Source: Octopus sinensis (taxonomy: Eukaryota). From it: a DNA stretch of 64,000 nt. The translations under genes and the position numbers were made by a program. The notes under the pieces were generated by a model. That model saw only the letters and a list, made by a program, of their open reading frames with translations, was not told the origin of the DNA and made no database searches. The DNA lies in contig NC_043002.1 of NCBI RefSeq assembly GCF_006345805.1, positions 49,042,001 through 49,106,000 of the forward strand, given 5' to 3'. Shown here in pieces: positions 1 through 12,812 of the stretch; within the stretch, counting starts at the first letter, position 1, and each line of letters starts with the position of its first letter.

Positions 1-44
1 TGCACTACAGAACTAGTCTGGGAACTTTTTGATACCACCTTGTA
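1..44. mobile_element. Terminal inverted repeat end of a mariner-type MITE, cut by the window start
   Basis: Reverse complement reads TACAAGGTGGTATCAAAAAGTTCCCAG, a mariner-like TIR ending in TA; the other end is outside the window. Confidence 0.4.
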
Positions 45-3000
45 TTGGAATGAAGAGGCTTTAATCACAAATCACAACAACTGTTTCTGTGCAATGATAA
101 CAGCTGTTAGTTGCTGACTTTTCCATGTCATACTATTACAAAAAAATATTATGTAAATAATTATAAGAATAACATGATCCGGCAGCAGATGTGTACCAGG
201 ACGTCATCAGGTGAGTGGTTTTGATAGCACTGTAGAACCATATTCAATTTCCCATCATTTTATACCCAACAGTATTTTTAGCATTCTCTTTATACTGAGT
301 AGCTTATAGATTCAAATAGATATAAGTCATAAAAATACCAAATTAAATAATAGCATTAAAAAATTAAAATGTAAAATTACAAAAAAAATAAACCAAAATT
401 AGTTAATGGAAATCAAAACCAAAAGTATAAATCAAACTTAAAATTCTGTCTTTTTTTATTCCATCATAAGCATGTTGCTTTTTTTTCTGAAGATAAATTA
501 GCAGTCTGAAATATCAGGATATAGACGAAAAGCATTCATTAGCTCTTTTGTCTGTAATTTTTTTTACTTTAAAGGACCCATGGTCATCATTTTATCCTAG
601 TGGGATGCCACATTGTCTGCTAGTCCACTCATAAAACTGAATTTCTATTGTTCTGGCACCCATCACAGTTACTTAATCAGTCATTAAAAGATGTCCAAAT
701 TTTGCATACACTGACAGAGTTTCACATGTATAGCCAATAAAAAGAATAATCCTGCTGCATGATGGCATATAGTAACTGAAAATCATAGAGGAGCTTTGAA
801 ATGTATTTTATGAGGTTATTACCTAGATGATATCAAAAATATATATATATATGTGTAGGTACATGCCTTAATGGTTAGGGAATTTGGCTCATGATTGTAA
901 GGTTGTGAGGTCAATTCTTTGCAGCATGTTAGGTCCTTCTCTTCAGACTTTTCCTCTTTCTGCTGAAGAGCCATGCTTGAAAAATCACACCCTACTCTTT
1001 TTTACCAGCTTAAATTGAGTAACAACTTAATACATTCACTATGTATGACTTTTGATCTTTGATGTTTTTGTTTTTATTTTTGTTTTTGATTTACTGATAT
1101 ATATATATGTGTGTGTGTTTGTGTGTAATCAACATCAACATCATTGTTTTAATGTTCGCTTTTCCATAAATTGCATGGGTCATCGGACAAAGTTTATTGA
1201 AATTAATTCTCAAGTACCAGATATCCAATCCTCACTTGTTTTATAAGTAAGGTAGTATTTCCCCATGGCCATACAGGTTTATTTTTAACAGACAATTGGA
1301 AATGAATGGTGAAACTTGTCTACAATGATCACATGATGTCAAGACAAACAAATGCTCACACACACATAATTACATACATAATACACACACATGAATATGA
1401 ATATACACAAGAAGCTTCATTCAGTTTCTGTCCATCAATGCACTCATGAGGTTTTATATAACATCAGCATTCTTTATCATCATCACCATATCACCATTAA
1501 ATGCCTGTTTTCCATACTAGCATTGGCTGAAGGGTTTTACAGGAACTGGTGAACCAGAGGACTGCATAAAGCTCTAATGTTGCCTTTGGCATGGCTTCAG
1601 TGACTGGATAACTTCCTTAAGTTGCTTTATGTGCTAGGTATATTTTACTGGTGTTTATCTTTAAGTTCATGCATTAAATAAGGAGAGAAAGCAATTTTAA
1701 TATAGTCATTATCTAGCACTAGTAACATTCCCATACAATTAGGTACCTATTTCTGATGATTTACAAGCTTTGAGAACTAAATGTAAGAGTACTGTCCAGA
1801 TATGAAAAGAAATGAATCCAATGAAGTTAATTTAGTTAAGCCAAACAAGCAACTACTGAGAAGTTTCAGCTGCCGTAAATAACAGCAGCAATGAAATTTA
1901 TCAGCTTGAGGTTCTAAAATTAATTCTGTCCACCTGTAACTCACACAAAAAGAGGTTTATTCTTCTCACCTGATTAATGCTTCAGAAACCTTAGTCAAGC
2001 ATCAATACAATGGATTCTTGTTGTGTGTAAAGAATTATTCTGCATTAGCATTTAACTTTGATACTCACTCTAAAAAGCATTAGGTAGCCACACAATGGAT
2101 CATTTGAGGTCTACAAAGGATTTTTAGTGCTAACATTTAGGTAAAGTTTGATTTTGAATTATAGGCAAAACCATTCTGGAGTTGTGCTTTCATAATTCTG
2201 ATTCTGAAAATAATTAGCCAGTGACCAAACATGGGTCTTTCCTCCTTTTTCTCTACATCGATAAAGTTACATACATCACTCCATTTTTGATTGATTTCAT
2301 TTTCATTTGTATGACAACAAAAAGCAGGTACTTATTTCTTGACACTCGATAAATAAAAAAAGTAATAAAATCTTTGCTGAAATAAAATTTTTAACTTGTT
2401 TGAAATATAGAATATCCAATCCAAGGCTAAACAGTCTTGAAAAGGTGCATAGTTCATCTAATTAAATCCAGTACTTGACTTATCCGTAATTTATTAATTC
2501 CAGTGGAATGCAAAGTAAAGTCAATCCTAGCAGGAACTGAACTCTGATTATAGAAAAAGGTACTAAATATCATGAAGTATTTGTCCATCCATTGATGTAC
2601 TAAATTTGTCAAGTGACACACTAAATCTGTCTACTGGATATGAAACTCTTCATCTTTCTACTGTCTGCTCTTCATTATCTTTTCTTTTTACCAGTTCAAT
2701 AATGATATTAAATGACTTTTAATGATAATTTGTTTCCCCTTAATAAATTCCAATGTTACTCTTCTAATAACTTCCATAGTGTGCTCTCTATGAAATTCTC
2801 ATTCCCTTTAGCATAGTCCCTATTAATTACTCTATCAACACTTCTTGTAACATCTATTATAATACTCAAGTAGCTACTCTGTCAACTTTTAGCCATTCTA
2901 TTATCTTATTTTCCAATTTTCCTCTCTCTAAACCTCTTAAGAAAGCCTCAAACGTCTTCTCAAATAATTTCTCTATTATAGTTTGTTGTAAAACTCAGTT

Positions 3001-5017
3001 AACTTAAAGCAATCTATCCTTTGCCCTTGCTACCCCACCTAATTGTATCTCTTGTAACCCTTCAAATAACTTTCAACTTACATATCAAGGAACCAAAAGT
3101 AATTTCATTCAGGGAATAAAAAAACTACTATGTGGTTCCTGGATCTACTTGAAATAGCTAACCTCAATGAACACCCTACTTACTTGCAAAGGTTTGACCA
3201 CATTGGATAATGTAGTCCTAGCTATGCAGTTCCTGAGAGGATGAGATGGTTGCAGTTGGAATACATTTGAGCATAGGCCTGTTCAATTATAGTTCATCTT
3301 GTGGTGGCAGGGGTTGCTAAACAATAGCAGCAACAGCACTAACAAGATCTCTCATAATCTCTGCAATATCATTATTTGTAATCCTTTAGAAACCTCTCAA
3401 GTAACTTCCATAGATATAAGGTAATAGCCAACAGAAAGAAGGGAAAAAAACATTAAGAATAAGAGGTGGGGAAAAAAGCAGAACAAAACATCATTTCAAG
3501 AGGTGGACTGTTAAAACGAAATCAATGTCTAAGAAGATTACCAGTAAATTCACTTTGATTTTGTTGCCTGAATTTACACAGTTAAAGCTATTATTTGTTA
3601 AATCATATTCAAATACTTTTACACAATTTTAGGCAAGTATTTATTGTTATTGCTTTATACTGTTATGTAAAAAAAAAACAACAAACTATCCAGGGAAGTT
3701 TTCCAGCTGCCTAAACATGCAAATATAAAAACCTAACTAAATGCACTAGGGATCTCATGCACATAATGATATTCTCTTTCCTCTTACACATCCTTGCTAA
3801 ATTGACTTTTCTTCTCTTACAGCTTTGACTGGCTTTAGATGCAGCCTTTAGGTTATTTGCTTTACATACCCTAAGGGCTTATTGCTGCCTCTCATTCTGA
3901 GGTCCCATTGGTGTTCACTGACGGTTATATTGTTAATAAGGAGTTTATGACATTATAACATTGCTACAATAGCATTATGTGAAAGTGCAATCACATTGGA
4001 GAATAGTCATACTGCGGGGTCAAAAAATAGAATAAAAAATGTCAGAATCTCATAGGCAGCAATTGACTGGAGGAGTGCAGCAGAAAATAGATGAGGCTGC
4101 TGGCTTTTGATTGTGATCATATCATAACTCTGCTTACAAATAAAGGCTGCAAAGTTATTTTCCTTCAGGCTAAAGAAGGGAAAATGCATGATTTTTCTTG
4201 ATTTTTGTTTTCTATTTAAGCATTTTGCGACCACTTTCCCCATATTATCAAATTAGCCTGAGACAACATGCTGTTATTTTTCCCTGCAGAATCCTTGGTT
4301 GTCTGTTTTCCATACTAAATAAATTCAGATCATCATACGAAAGAAAATAACCAATCAATAAAATTGGAAAATATTATATTTTCTTAACCAAGAGTAAAAT
4401 ATTTAATATATTTTCTGCAGTAAAATATTCAAACTGAGATGCTTATTTTCTGATGATTCCTTTCAGCTTGTCAAAAACAGTTTATTTCAGTTTACAAAAC
4501 ACTTCTCTCAGCTAAGATTATATACAAAATATTCAAGATTATTGGAGACAAACAAACTATAAATTGAATGAAGGTTATTTAGAAGCAAATATTTTATGTA
4601 TACATTTTTCTGTGGTAAGTGACACAGAGTAAAAAGTAGGAATCTTTTGAATGAGCAGAACTCCCCAACTGCTTTTAGTTTTGATCTCATTTTAAGGCAT
4701 CTCCCTCTTCTTATGCTGCTAATAACTTTTTAAAAAGGCTTGAACACTGGATTGTTCCCATGTTCACTCTTTGTAAAAATGAAAATAAAAATAAGTGTTA
4801 GATATGTAATACAATAAGAATTTTACATACAGAATGTGACAAACATAGTAAGTACATCAAGAGGGAGAAATAAAAATAGGAAATAAGAAATGTGAGGGAA
4901 ATAAAAATAAGAAGTGAAGAAACAAAAACTTTTATTATAGTACTATTTTCCTAAGTAAATTAGTTGATTAAATGAAATGGTTTCAATGGAGAATCGAATG
5001 TTTCAACAATCCATTCC

Positions 5018-5247
5018 TACATAAACTCTTTTGATATCAATCTATCCTGAACTGCTGTAGTTCTATGATATAAGCTACCTGTTTAAAAGTTATCTAAATT
5101 AAAACCTCCCATCAAAATTTGATGTTAAATAAAGTTTCAAACACCAGTTTAATACTGACAGATGTTTCACTAAATACTTTATTATTTTCAAAATTGATTG
5201 AAAAAAGGCACGGTTTTTCTAGAGAAGTATGATAACAAAAGGTTTAA
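5018..5247 (-). mobile_element. piggyBac-like MITE, same family as 37859-38084
   Basis: Colinear with the reverse complement of 37859-38084 (atctaaattaaaacct...catcaaaatttgatgtt...aacaccag); degenerate TTAA/CCC-type ends. Confidence 0.5.
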
Positions 5248-5880
5248 TTAAAAATGGTTTATTTATAATTGTTATGGAATAGAAATTATCCTAAAATAAA
5301 CAGTAGTTATATTTCATTAGTTATTTATTTGCAAATTAAATATAAACTCAAGCACATATATATTATTATGATTTTCTTTTATATGTCCTTTCTGATAATA
5401 CTGACATCAACCCTGGCTTATATGAAAATATAAACATGCAATTAGCCGAGAAAGGAATCTATTTATGATTTTTCTCTCTACTGTGAATAATAAATCTTCT
5501 TAATCTTCCTTTTATCTCACCCTTCCACTTTGGAAGGAAAAGAAAAGGATAAAAATGGATAACTTCTAAAATAGATGGGTTGGTGATAGTGGAGAAAACT
5601 TTTGATCATAGCTCTGCTCAATCAGAGATGAATTGAGTAAACAACAGCAACAACAACAACAAAAGCAACATAAATAGGCAAAATACTTATATAATATGGT
5701 TGGTATATTTATAATGAAGTGAGCTGGTACTAGGTTGATATACTGAAAATTACTAAAAAAATTGTCATATTTAACTGCCAATGTGGGTTAATGATGTGTT
5801 GTATGGACTTAAAAAACAACAGGTAGAATTACACATCAGAATAATATTGGAAATTAGTGAATAGACAGCATGATATATAT

Positions 5881-6340
5881 ATCATCAGCATCATCATTTA
5901 ACATCTGCTGTCCATGTTGGCTTGGGCTGGATCGTTTGACCAGAGCTGGCAAGTTGGGGAGCTGCATCAGACACCAGTCTGATTTGGCATGGTTTCTTAA
6001 CGCCAACCGCTTTACAGAATGTGTTAGGTGCTTTTAAGTGGTAGCACATGGGACTTTTGAATGACACCACACAGGTACTTTTACATGGCACTGCACGAAC
6101 ACTTTTAGGTGGCACCACATGGGGGCTTTTACGTAGCACTGCATGGATACTTTTATGTGTTGCTGCCATAAGTCCTTTACATGACCAGAAGGATTGGTCT
6201 TAACACTCCTGCTGTGGAGTACGGGTCTTCTTGAGTACCAAGCATCTCGGTCCTTTGTCATCTCATCTGAAATGCTCAGCATCCTGAGGATTTGCTCAAT
6301 GTTTAGAAATCTTGGACTAGCTGTGAAAGAGACAAATAAT
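5881..6340 (-). mobile_element. RTE-LINE 3' end with degenerate ~24-bp internal tandem repeats and (GAT)n tail
   Basis: Minus-strand translation ...DEMTKDRDAW resembles an RTE ORF C-terminus; six ~24-bp units containing cttttA at ~6027-6170; ends in the catcatcatttaac tail shared with 7845, 12270-12377 and 12813-13158. Confidence 0.65.
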
Positions 6341-7844
6341 GTTGCCAGAAAATTGTTGAAAGCCATTGAGAAAAGCAAGCAATTACATCTGGTGCAAGAA
6401 AGAGGACAAGTAGTGCAGCAAGAACCAAAATTGATGATGATAGAAACATCTAGTCCAGAGTTAAACCATCTGACTCGACAACAAGGCTGATAGTGTTGTA
6501 TGAGAATTATATTGTCTACATCAAAGGTTGGTGCAGCTCTGAAGTTGTGGTAGAAATACCTACAGAGCTACTTCCCCACCTGATGAAATATTAGCTCCCA
6601 CATTTGAAGACAAAGTACAACAACATCTTTGGCACATAATTGTTTACTCTCTCTCCCTCTCTCTCATACACACACAAACGTGTGTGTACATGCTGGAATA
6701 TCATTGAGTATGGGTGTGGATGTATACATGTAGCAGAGGTAGAACAAAAGATTGAAGTTTATATGTCCAGTTAATCCCTGTGGTTGCCCAAAAAGAACTG
6801 ATCATTAGTGTTGACCGACCTTGATTTCATTACTACTACTACTACTACTACTACTAAATTGTCTATTCATTTATTTTTTAATATAGGCTGACCATTTGAT
6901 GACCTGTATATCAGTTCACATTTGACCATATGGCTTTGGTCACACAAGCTTCTTTCCTTCTTTCCCATTATTTATTTCACATCAACATTTAATATATCCC
7001 CAATGGTACAGTTAATTTAATGCAACAGAGATGATGAACAAGTGTATGTATCTTAGGGTATTCTTTCACACAAACACACACATACACACATGTACTTACA
7101 CATTTACACACACACATACACACACACAAAGGCACATGCTCTCATAATTCATGTTTTGTAGTTGAGGCATAGAAGATGGTGAAATCTTGGTTTTCTATAA
7201 ACTGTTTTGTCCTACCTTATTTATAATTTTTTTTTTTTTTTTACACATTCTGAACAGTGAAAGTGTTAATTATTATTAACATATCTAAGAAATTACAGGG
7301 GTTAGATTTCATATTTGACTATTTTATGAGAATAACTTGTATTCATTGTCATTTTCTGATTTCTCTACTGAAACAATATTGAAGAAAACCTGACAAATCT
7401 GCATATGAATCATATGAACTATATGATTCATATTGAAATAACTCCAGCAATCTGCCAATAGTGTGAGTTTTCAATCAAACTTAGCAATAGAAATTTTAAA
7501 ATGTCATTTAAAAGCATTTTCTACCATACTGTGCTTTTGTCTTACTTGACTCCGCAAGCAAAGAAATGCTCAGCATGCTATAATGTAACTGTAAACTCCT
7601 GGTAAACAAGAACAGCCACCTGGTAAGATTCAAATAGCTTCAACTGAAGTTATTTGTTTTACTTAAATTTGTACTGTTAATTGATTGTCCTCAGAAAAGT
7701 CATGAATATTACAACTCTCAATTTACTTTTCTCTCTAGCCAAAACCAAAAAAAAATCTTAGGTTTCAAGATTAACTGTAAAAGACAATGAAAAACACCTC
7801 TGTAAGGTGCACACTCTGGGATATTTGATTGTGCTTATTATCAT

Positions 7845-8145
7845 TATCATCATCATCATTTAACGTCCGTTTTCCATGCTAGCATGGGTTGGACGGTTCG
7901 ACTGGGGTCTGGTAAACCATGGGGGCTGCACCAGGCTCTAGTCTGATTTGGCAGTGTTTCTACAGCTGGATGACCTTCCTAACGCCAACCATTCCATGAG
8001 TGTAGTAGGTGTTTTTTACGTGCCACCGACACAGGGGCCAGAGCAGGCTAGCAAACGGCCACGATCGGTTGGTGCTTTTACGTGTCACTGACACAGACGT
8101 CAGTCAGGCGACGCTAGTATCCGCCATGTTCGGACGGTATTTCTA
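7845..8145 (-). mobile_element. RTE-derived 3' UTR / SINE-like repeat with (GAT)n tail
   Basis: catcatcatttaacgtccgttttccatgctagcatgggttggacgg matches the reverse complement of 13100-13158. Confidence 0.75.
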
Positions 8146-8539
8146 TTATTGTTTTAATAGCTGGACTAAAGCTTTCTAGGGCACCACCTAGAATAGGTTC
8201 AATCAAACAAATTCATCCCAGTACTTATTTTTAAAATCTTGTACTTATTTCATTGATCTTTTTTGTTGAACCACTAAGTTTCAGGGTGTGAGTAAATCAA
8301 CACCAGTTGTGAAGTAGTATGGGGACAAACACAAAGTCACACACACACACACACAATATTTCCATACAACAATGACAGCAACTACACATTGGATTGCAAT
8401 AACAGAATAAGCAGATGTGTTTCAAGATGAAATAGCTGGGATTTTACCCTTCCTTTTTACACACACCATTGTATTATTTATTTTTTACTACTTTTTAAAA
8501 CTTATTTCAGTCATTAGACTGTGGCTCTGCTGGGGCACA

Positions 8540-8590
8540 TATACGATATATATATATACATAACTACAAACACACACACATATATATTTA

Positions 8591-8626
<36 letters not shown>

Positions 8627-8672
8627 TGTATGTATGTATATGCAATCTCTCTCTCTCTCTCTCTCTTGATTT

Positions 8673-8717
<45 letters not shown>

Positions 8718-8720
8718 GTA
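8540..8720. repeat. Compound microsatellite (TA)/(CA)/(TATG)/(CT)/(CTA)
   Basis: Directly visible; explains ORFs 8488-8784. Confidence 0.95.
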
Positions 8721-8902
8721 TATAAATGTATATAAACAGGAGATACAAATATTACAGGCACTTCCCCCCCCACACACACACTAACTAAACATAGACACAC
8801 ATAGAGATATACGCATGTGCAAATGAAGACACATACAATAGAAATACAACATACAAAATGGTTGACCATTAGTAAGGAGAGACACACAAATAAGAAAGCA
8901 AA

Positions 8903-8948
8903 GGACCACTGATGCGGTTACAGGAGTGTGACGAAAGAACTCTGGTCT
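8903..8948 (+). ncRNA. Minimal type I hammerhead-like motif with A9C core variant
   Basis: GGACCA CTGATGC G GTTAC aggagt GTGAC GAAA GAAC TC TGGTCT: stem I GGACCA/TGGTCT, stem II GTTAC/GTGAC, GAAA, 2-bp stem III, CUC site; homologous motif at 58566. Confidence 0.6.
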
Positions 8949-9073
8949 AAATAAGATTAAGATTAATGTAAAAAATAAATAACGCTGAAGCAAAGTAACG
9001 CCAAATATATAGTGCATGTGTTTTTATTGGCTAAACTGGTAAAATGACCATTCCTAAATACCACAATATATAA

Positions 9074-9075
<2 letters not shown>

Positions 9076-9154
<79 letters not shown>

Positions 9155-9188
9155 TTATATATATATATATATATATTATACATATATA

Positions 9189-9237
<49 letters not shown>

Positions 9238-9241
9238 ATAC

Positions 9242-9311
<70 letters not shown>

Positions 9312-9340
9312 TAATATATACATATATATATATATTATAC

Positions 9341-9430
<90 letters not shown>

Positions 9431-9442
9431 CATATATATATA
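9076..9442. repeat. Long (TA)n microsatellite
   Basis: Directly visible. Confidence 0.95.
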
Positions 9443-10172
9443 TACTGGGCGCATTGGGTAAATTGTCACCATTATATATTTTCAATTTTGTGCATGCGCA
9501 TTGTTTACTTTTGATTTTGTCAACTACACTATATAATAGGGTCAGTAAGGCACTGTCTGTGAGAAAAACAGCACCGTGATGCAATTCACTCTGCCAGAAA
9601 TTTGGAAACAACATGCTGTACTGCTTGTCATTCATGCTGGAAGCTCCAATACGAACATCTCAGAATGTTTGGGTGTTAGTCTGAGGACATGTACCAAGAG
9701 TGATAAAATCAAACATCCAGTCAACATCATGGTGTTTGAAGAGATCACTAGTGATGGCGATGTTATGCCTCCATTCATCTTCCCACATGATCTCAGACTC
9801 AACATGGAGGTCTAGATCAAGTGCCTGGAGGAGGGAATGCTGCCCTGGGTGAAGAGGGTGGCTACTGGAAGACCCTGTGTCTGGCAACAGGACTCTGCAC
9901 CATGTCACAAGCAGGAGAACCCAATCATGAATGTCAGACAATTTCTGCAACCATATCACCTCTAAAATTTGGCCATCTAACTCTCCAGACTGCACCTCAC
10001 TTAATTATTATGTGTGGGATGCATTTGAGCAAGCTGAACTGAAGGAAATTTACTCTTTAGTATTCCAAGATATTTTTATATAATTTTGGTGAATATATTG
10101 GTTAAAATGAGATGTCAGTGTTATTTTCATTTTTGCATAATTTAGATGACAGATTATTCACTGCACCCTGTA
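9443..10172 (+). mobile_element. Internally deleted Tc1/mariner (mariner/maT-like) DNA transposon
   Basis: Degenerate TIRs (tactgggcgca... / ...tgcaccctgta) at TA. Transposase remnant KIKHPVNIMVF-VITSDGDVMPPFIFPH, then WQQDSAP-H and WP-NSPDC motifs in shifted frames. Confidence 0.85.
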
Positions 10173-10174
10173 TA

Positions 10175-10563
10175 TAGGTGCAGGCATGGTTGTGTGGTAA
10201 GAAGATTGCTTCCCAACCATATGGTTCAGGATTCAGTCCTACTGAATGGTACATTTTAGGAAAGAGTTTGCTACTATAGCCTCAGACTGACCAAAGCCTT
10301 GTGAAAGAATTTGGTAGATGGAAACAGAAAGATGTCTGTCGTATATATGTATCTCTGTGTGTGTGTCTTTGTGTCTGTGTTTGTCCCCCGTCCACCTCTT
10401 GACAACTGGTGCTGGTGTGTTTACATACCCATAACTTAGCAGTTTGGTAAAAGACACTGATAGAGTAAATACCAGGTTTTTAAAAAAATGATAAATACTG
10501 GGGTTGACACATTTGACTAAAATTACAAGGTAGTGCCCCAGCATGGCTGGAACACATACAAGA
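10175..10563 (+). mobile_element. tRNA-derived SINE, family A
   Basis: Degenerate A-box TGGTTGTGTGG and B-box TTCAGTCC; colinear with the younger copies at 54122 and 62708. Confidence 0.8.
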
Positions 10564-10576
10564 TAAAAGATATATG

Positions 10577-10625
<49 letters not shown>

Positions 10626-10627
<2 letters not shown>

Positions 10628-11007
10628 CTCTTTTACTCTTTTACTTGTTTCAGTCATTTGTCTGTGGCTATGCTGGAGCACAGCCTTTAATTGAGCAAAT
10701 CAACCCCAGGACTTTGTAAGCCTAGTACTTATTTTATTGGTCTCGTTTGCCAAACTGCTAAGTTATGGGGTCATAAACACACCAGCACACAAACATGCAC
10801 ACACATATATATATATATATACATATATATGATGGGCTTCTTTCAGTTTCCGTCTACCAAACCCACTCACAAGGCTTTAGTCGGCCCAAAGCTATAGTAG
10901 AAGACATTTACCTAATGTAAGTGTCTTCTACTAAGTGTCACACAGTGGGACTGAACCCGGAACCATGTGGTTGGTAAGCAAGCTACTTTCCACACAGCCA
11001 CTCCTAT
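10626..11007 (-). mobile_element. tRNA-derived SINE, family A (inverted relative to 10175)
   Basis: Reverse complement of family A including the tactcttttactcttttacttgtttcagtc tail. Confidence 0.85.
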
Positions 11008-11016
11008 GCCTACATA

Positions 11017-11052
<36 letters not shown>

Positions 11053-11064
11053 TGTATATCATTT

Positions 11065-11608
11065 CTGTGGACACATCTCGAATTATCCATATCAACATAT
11101 GAACAAACAAAAACACAAACCAAACTTCAGTAAGAAAGAATGGGCTGAACTGAACAAATTAAAAGATGACAAAACAATAACAATCAAAGAGGCTGATAAA
11201 AGGAGTGCAGTTGTCTTAATGGACACGGTATTCTATATAACTCTAGTACTATCCATAAAGAGTATGATTATATGACCAATTTCAAAAGTAAAACCGCTCA
11301 ATTCTATGGTATTCCCAAGATACACAAAAGTGAGAAAATAAGTAACGCATGCAAGATAGCCACAGACATAATAATCTAAGTCCCTACTCCTAATGACCTC
11401 AAATTAAGATCTATAATAGCAGGTCCCGCATGCAAAACCCACTGCCTCAGTAACATTTTAGATACCTTCTTAAAACCATTCCACAAGTATGTCAAAAGCT
11501 ATGTGAGGGACGACCTGGATAGGCTCAATCACCTTCCTAAAACAATAAACAAAAACACCCTACTAGTATCCTTCGATGTAGTCAACCTGTATTCCAATAT
11601 CCCCCACA
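11065..11608 (+). pseudogene. Penelope-like element (PLE) reverse transcriptase fragment, frameshifted
   Basis: Motifs KEADKRSAVVLM (cf. K-ADKG), [43 protein letters not shown] (cf. SFDV-SLYTNIP), characteristic of PLE RTs; stop, frameshifts and internal deletion. Confidence 0.9.
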
Positions 11609-11633
11609 TATTTATATATATATGTATATATGC

Positions 11634-11676
<43 letters not shown>

Positions 11677-11780
11677 TATATATGTATATATTTATATATA
11701 TATACACATATATCTATATCTATGATGATGATCATCATCATATATATATATAATATAATATGATATATATATATATATAC

Positions 11781-11811
<31 letters not shown>

Positions 11812-11812
11812 C

Positions 11813-11874
<62 letters not shown>

Positions 11875-11928
11875 TATATATATGCATACATATACATATA
11901 CATACATATACATACATATATATATACA

Positions 11929-11960
<32 letters not shown>

Positions 11961-12010
11961 CATACATATATATATGTATATATATATATATATAATATAT
12001 ATATATATAT
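11609..12010. repeat. Long (TA)n/(TACA)n microsatellite
   Basis: Directly visible. Confidence 0.95.
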
Positions 12011-12032
12011 CTAATAACTAAATATATATATA

Positions 12033-12377
12033 TGCTCGATCTGTAGAAAAGGTAGAAACTCTATAAAATGTACCGAGTGTAAGCTATGGACACATAAGAG
12101 GTGCAGTAATATCAAAGGAAGGCTAACTAGGAAGATAGTTTTTGTATGTGGCAGATGCTCAGGAGCAATAAACACTGAAAATGTGCAGAGAAGAACTTCC
12201 ACCAAATTTCAGGAAGAAAAACTAGAAGTAGTTGATAGCTTCCATTACCTAGTTGACCAAGTCATCAAGCTGTAGAAACTCTGCCAGATCAGATTGGAGC
12301 CTGGAGCAGCCATCTGGTTCGCCAGTCATTGTCCAACCCATGCTAGCATAGAAAGCGGACGTTAAACGATGATGATG
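12033..12377 (+). mobile_element. RTE-LINE fragment: PHD-like Cys/His motif, RT-distal motif and 3' tail
   Basis: Open frame [42 protein letters not shown]...LEVVDSFHYLVDQV, joined directly to the (GAT)n-tailed 3' UTR. Confidence 0.75.
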
Positions 12378-12812
12378 TGTACATATATACATGTTTGCAT
12401 GTCTGTGTTTGTCCACCACCATCGTTTGACAATTGATGTTGGTGTGTTTATGTTGCTGTAATTAGCAATTCGTCAAATGAAGCTGATAGAACAAGTACTA
12501 GGCTTACAAAGAATAAGTCCTGCAGTCGATTTGTTTGATTAAAGGCAGTACTCCAGCATGGCCGTAGTCAAGTGACTGAATCGAATAAAAGAACACGCAC
12601 ATGTTGAAATAAAGAAGAAAAGGTCAGTACTATGGTTGAAATTTTAATCAAATATCAATGAAAGGTAATGAAGATGTAAATTAAATATTGTAAGGAGTCA
12701 GTTGAAATATCATGTAACATCAGTAAGACTGCTCTGAAAAGTTCAAGGTATGATATACATAAATATATATACATATATAGGCGCAGGAGTGTGTATATAT
12801 ATATATATATAT

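Noticed and set aside
159-760. Two-exon terminal gene fragment (CAG|gtgagt at 210, acceptor at ~574, AATAAA at ~737)
   Set aside because: Peptide is short and unrecognisable and the upstream acceptor is weak; cannot be supported without RNA data.
3820-4290. GC-richer segment with splice-like sites on both strands and ORF 4007-4243
   Set aside because: All candidate exon frames hit stops; no recognisable motif.
6194-6490. 98-aa plus-strand ORF with protein-like composition
   Set aside because: Largely antisense to the RTE 3' remnant at 5881-6340; no splice or homology support.
6575-6620. CTGATGA...GAAGACAAAGTA motif
   Set aside because: Core has an extra G, stem II is weak and stem I cannot form.
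8488-12014. Many 60-170 aa ORFs rich in YI/HT/CV/N/I repeats here and throughout the window (e.g. 26002-26534, 39735-40177, 47497-48363, 50277-50641)
   Set aside because: Translations of stop-free microsatellites, not genes.
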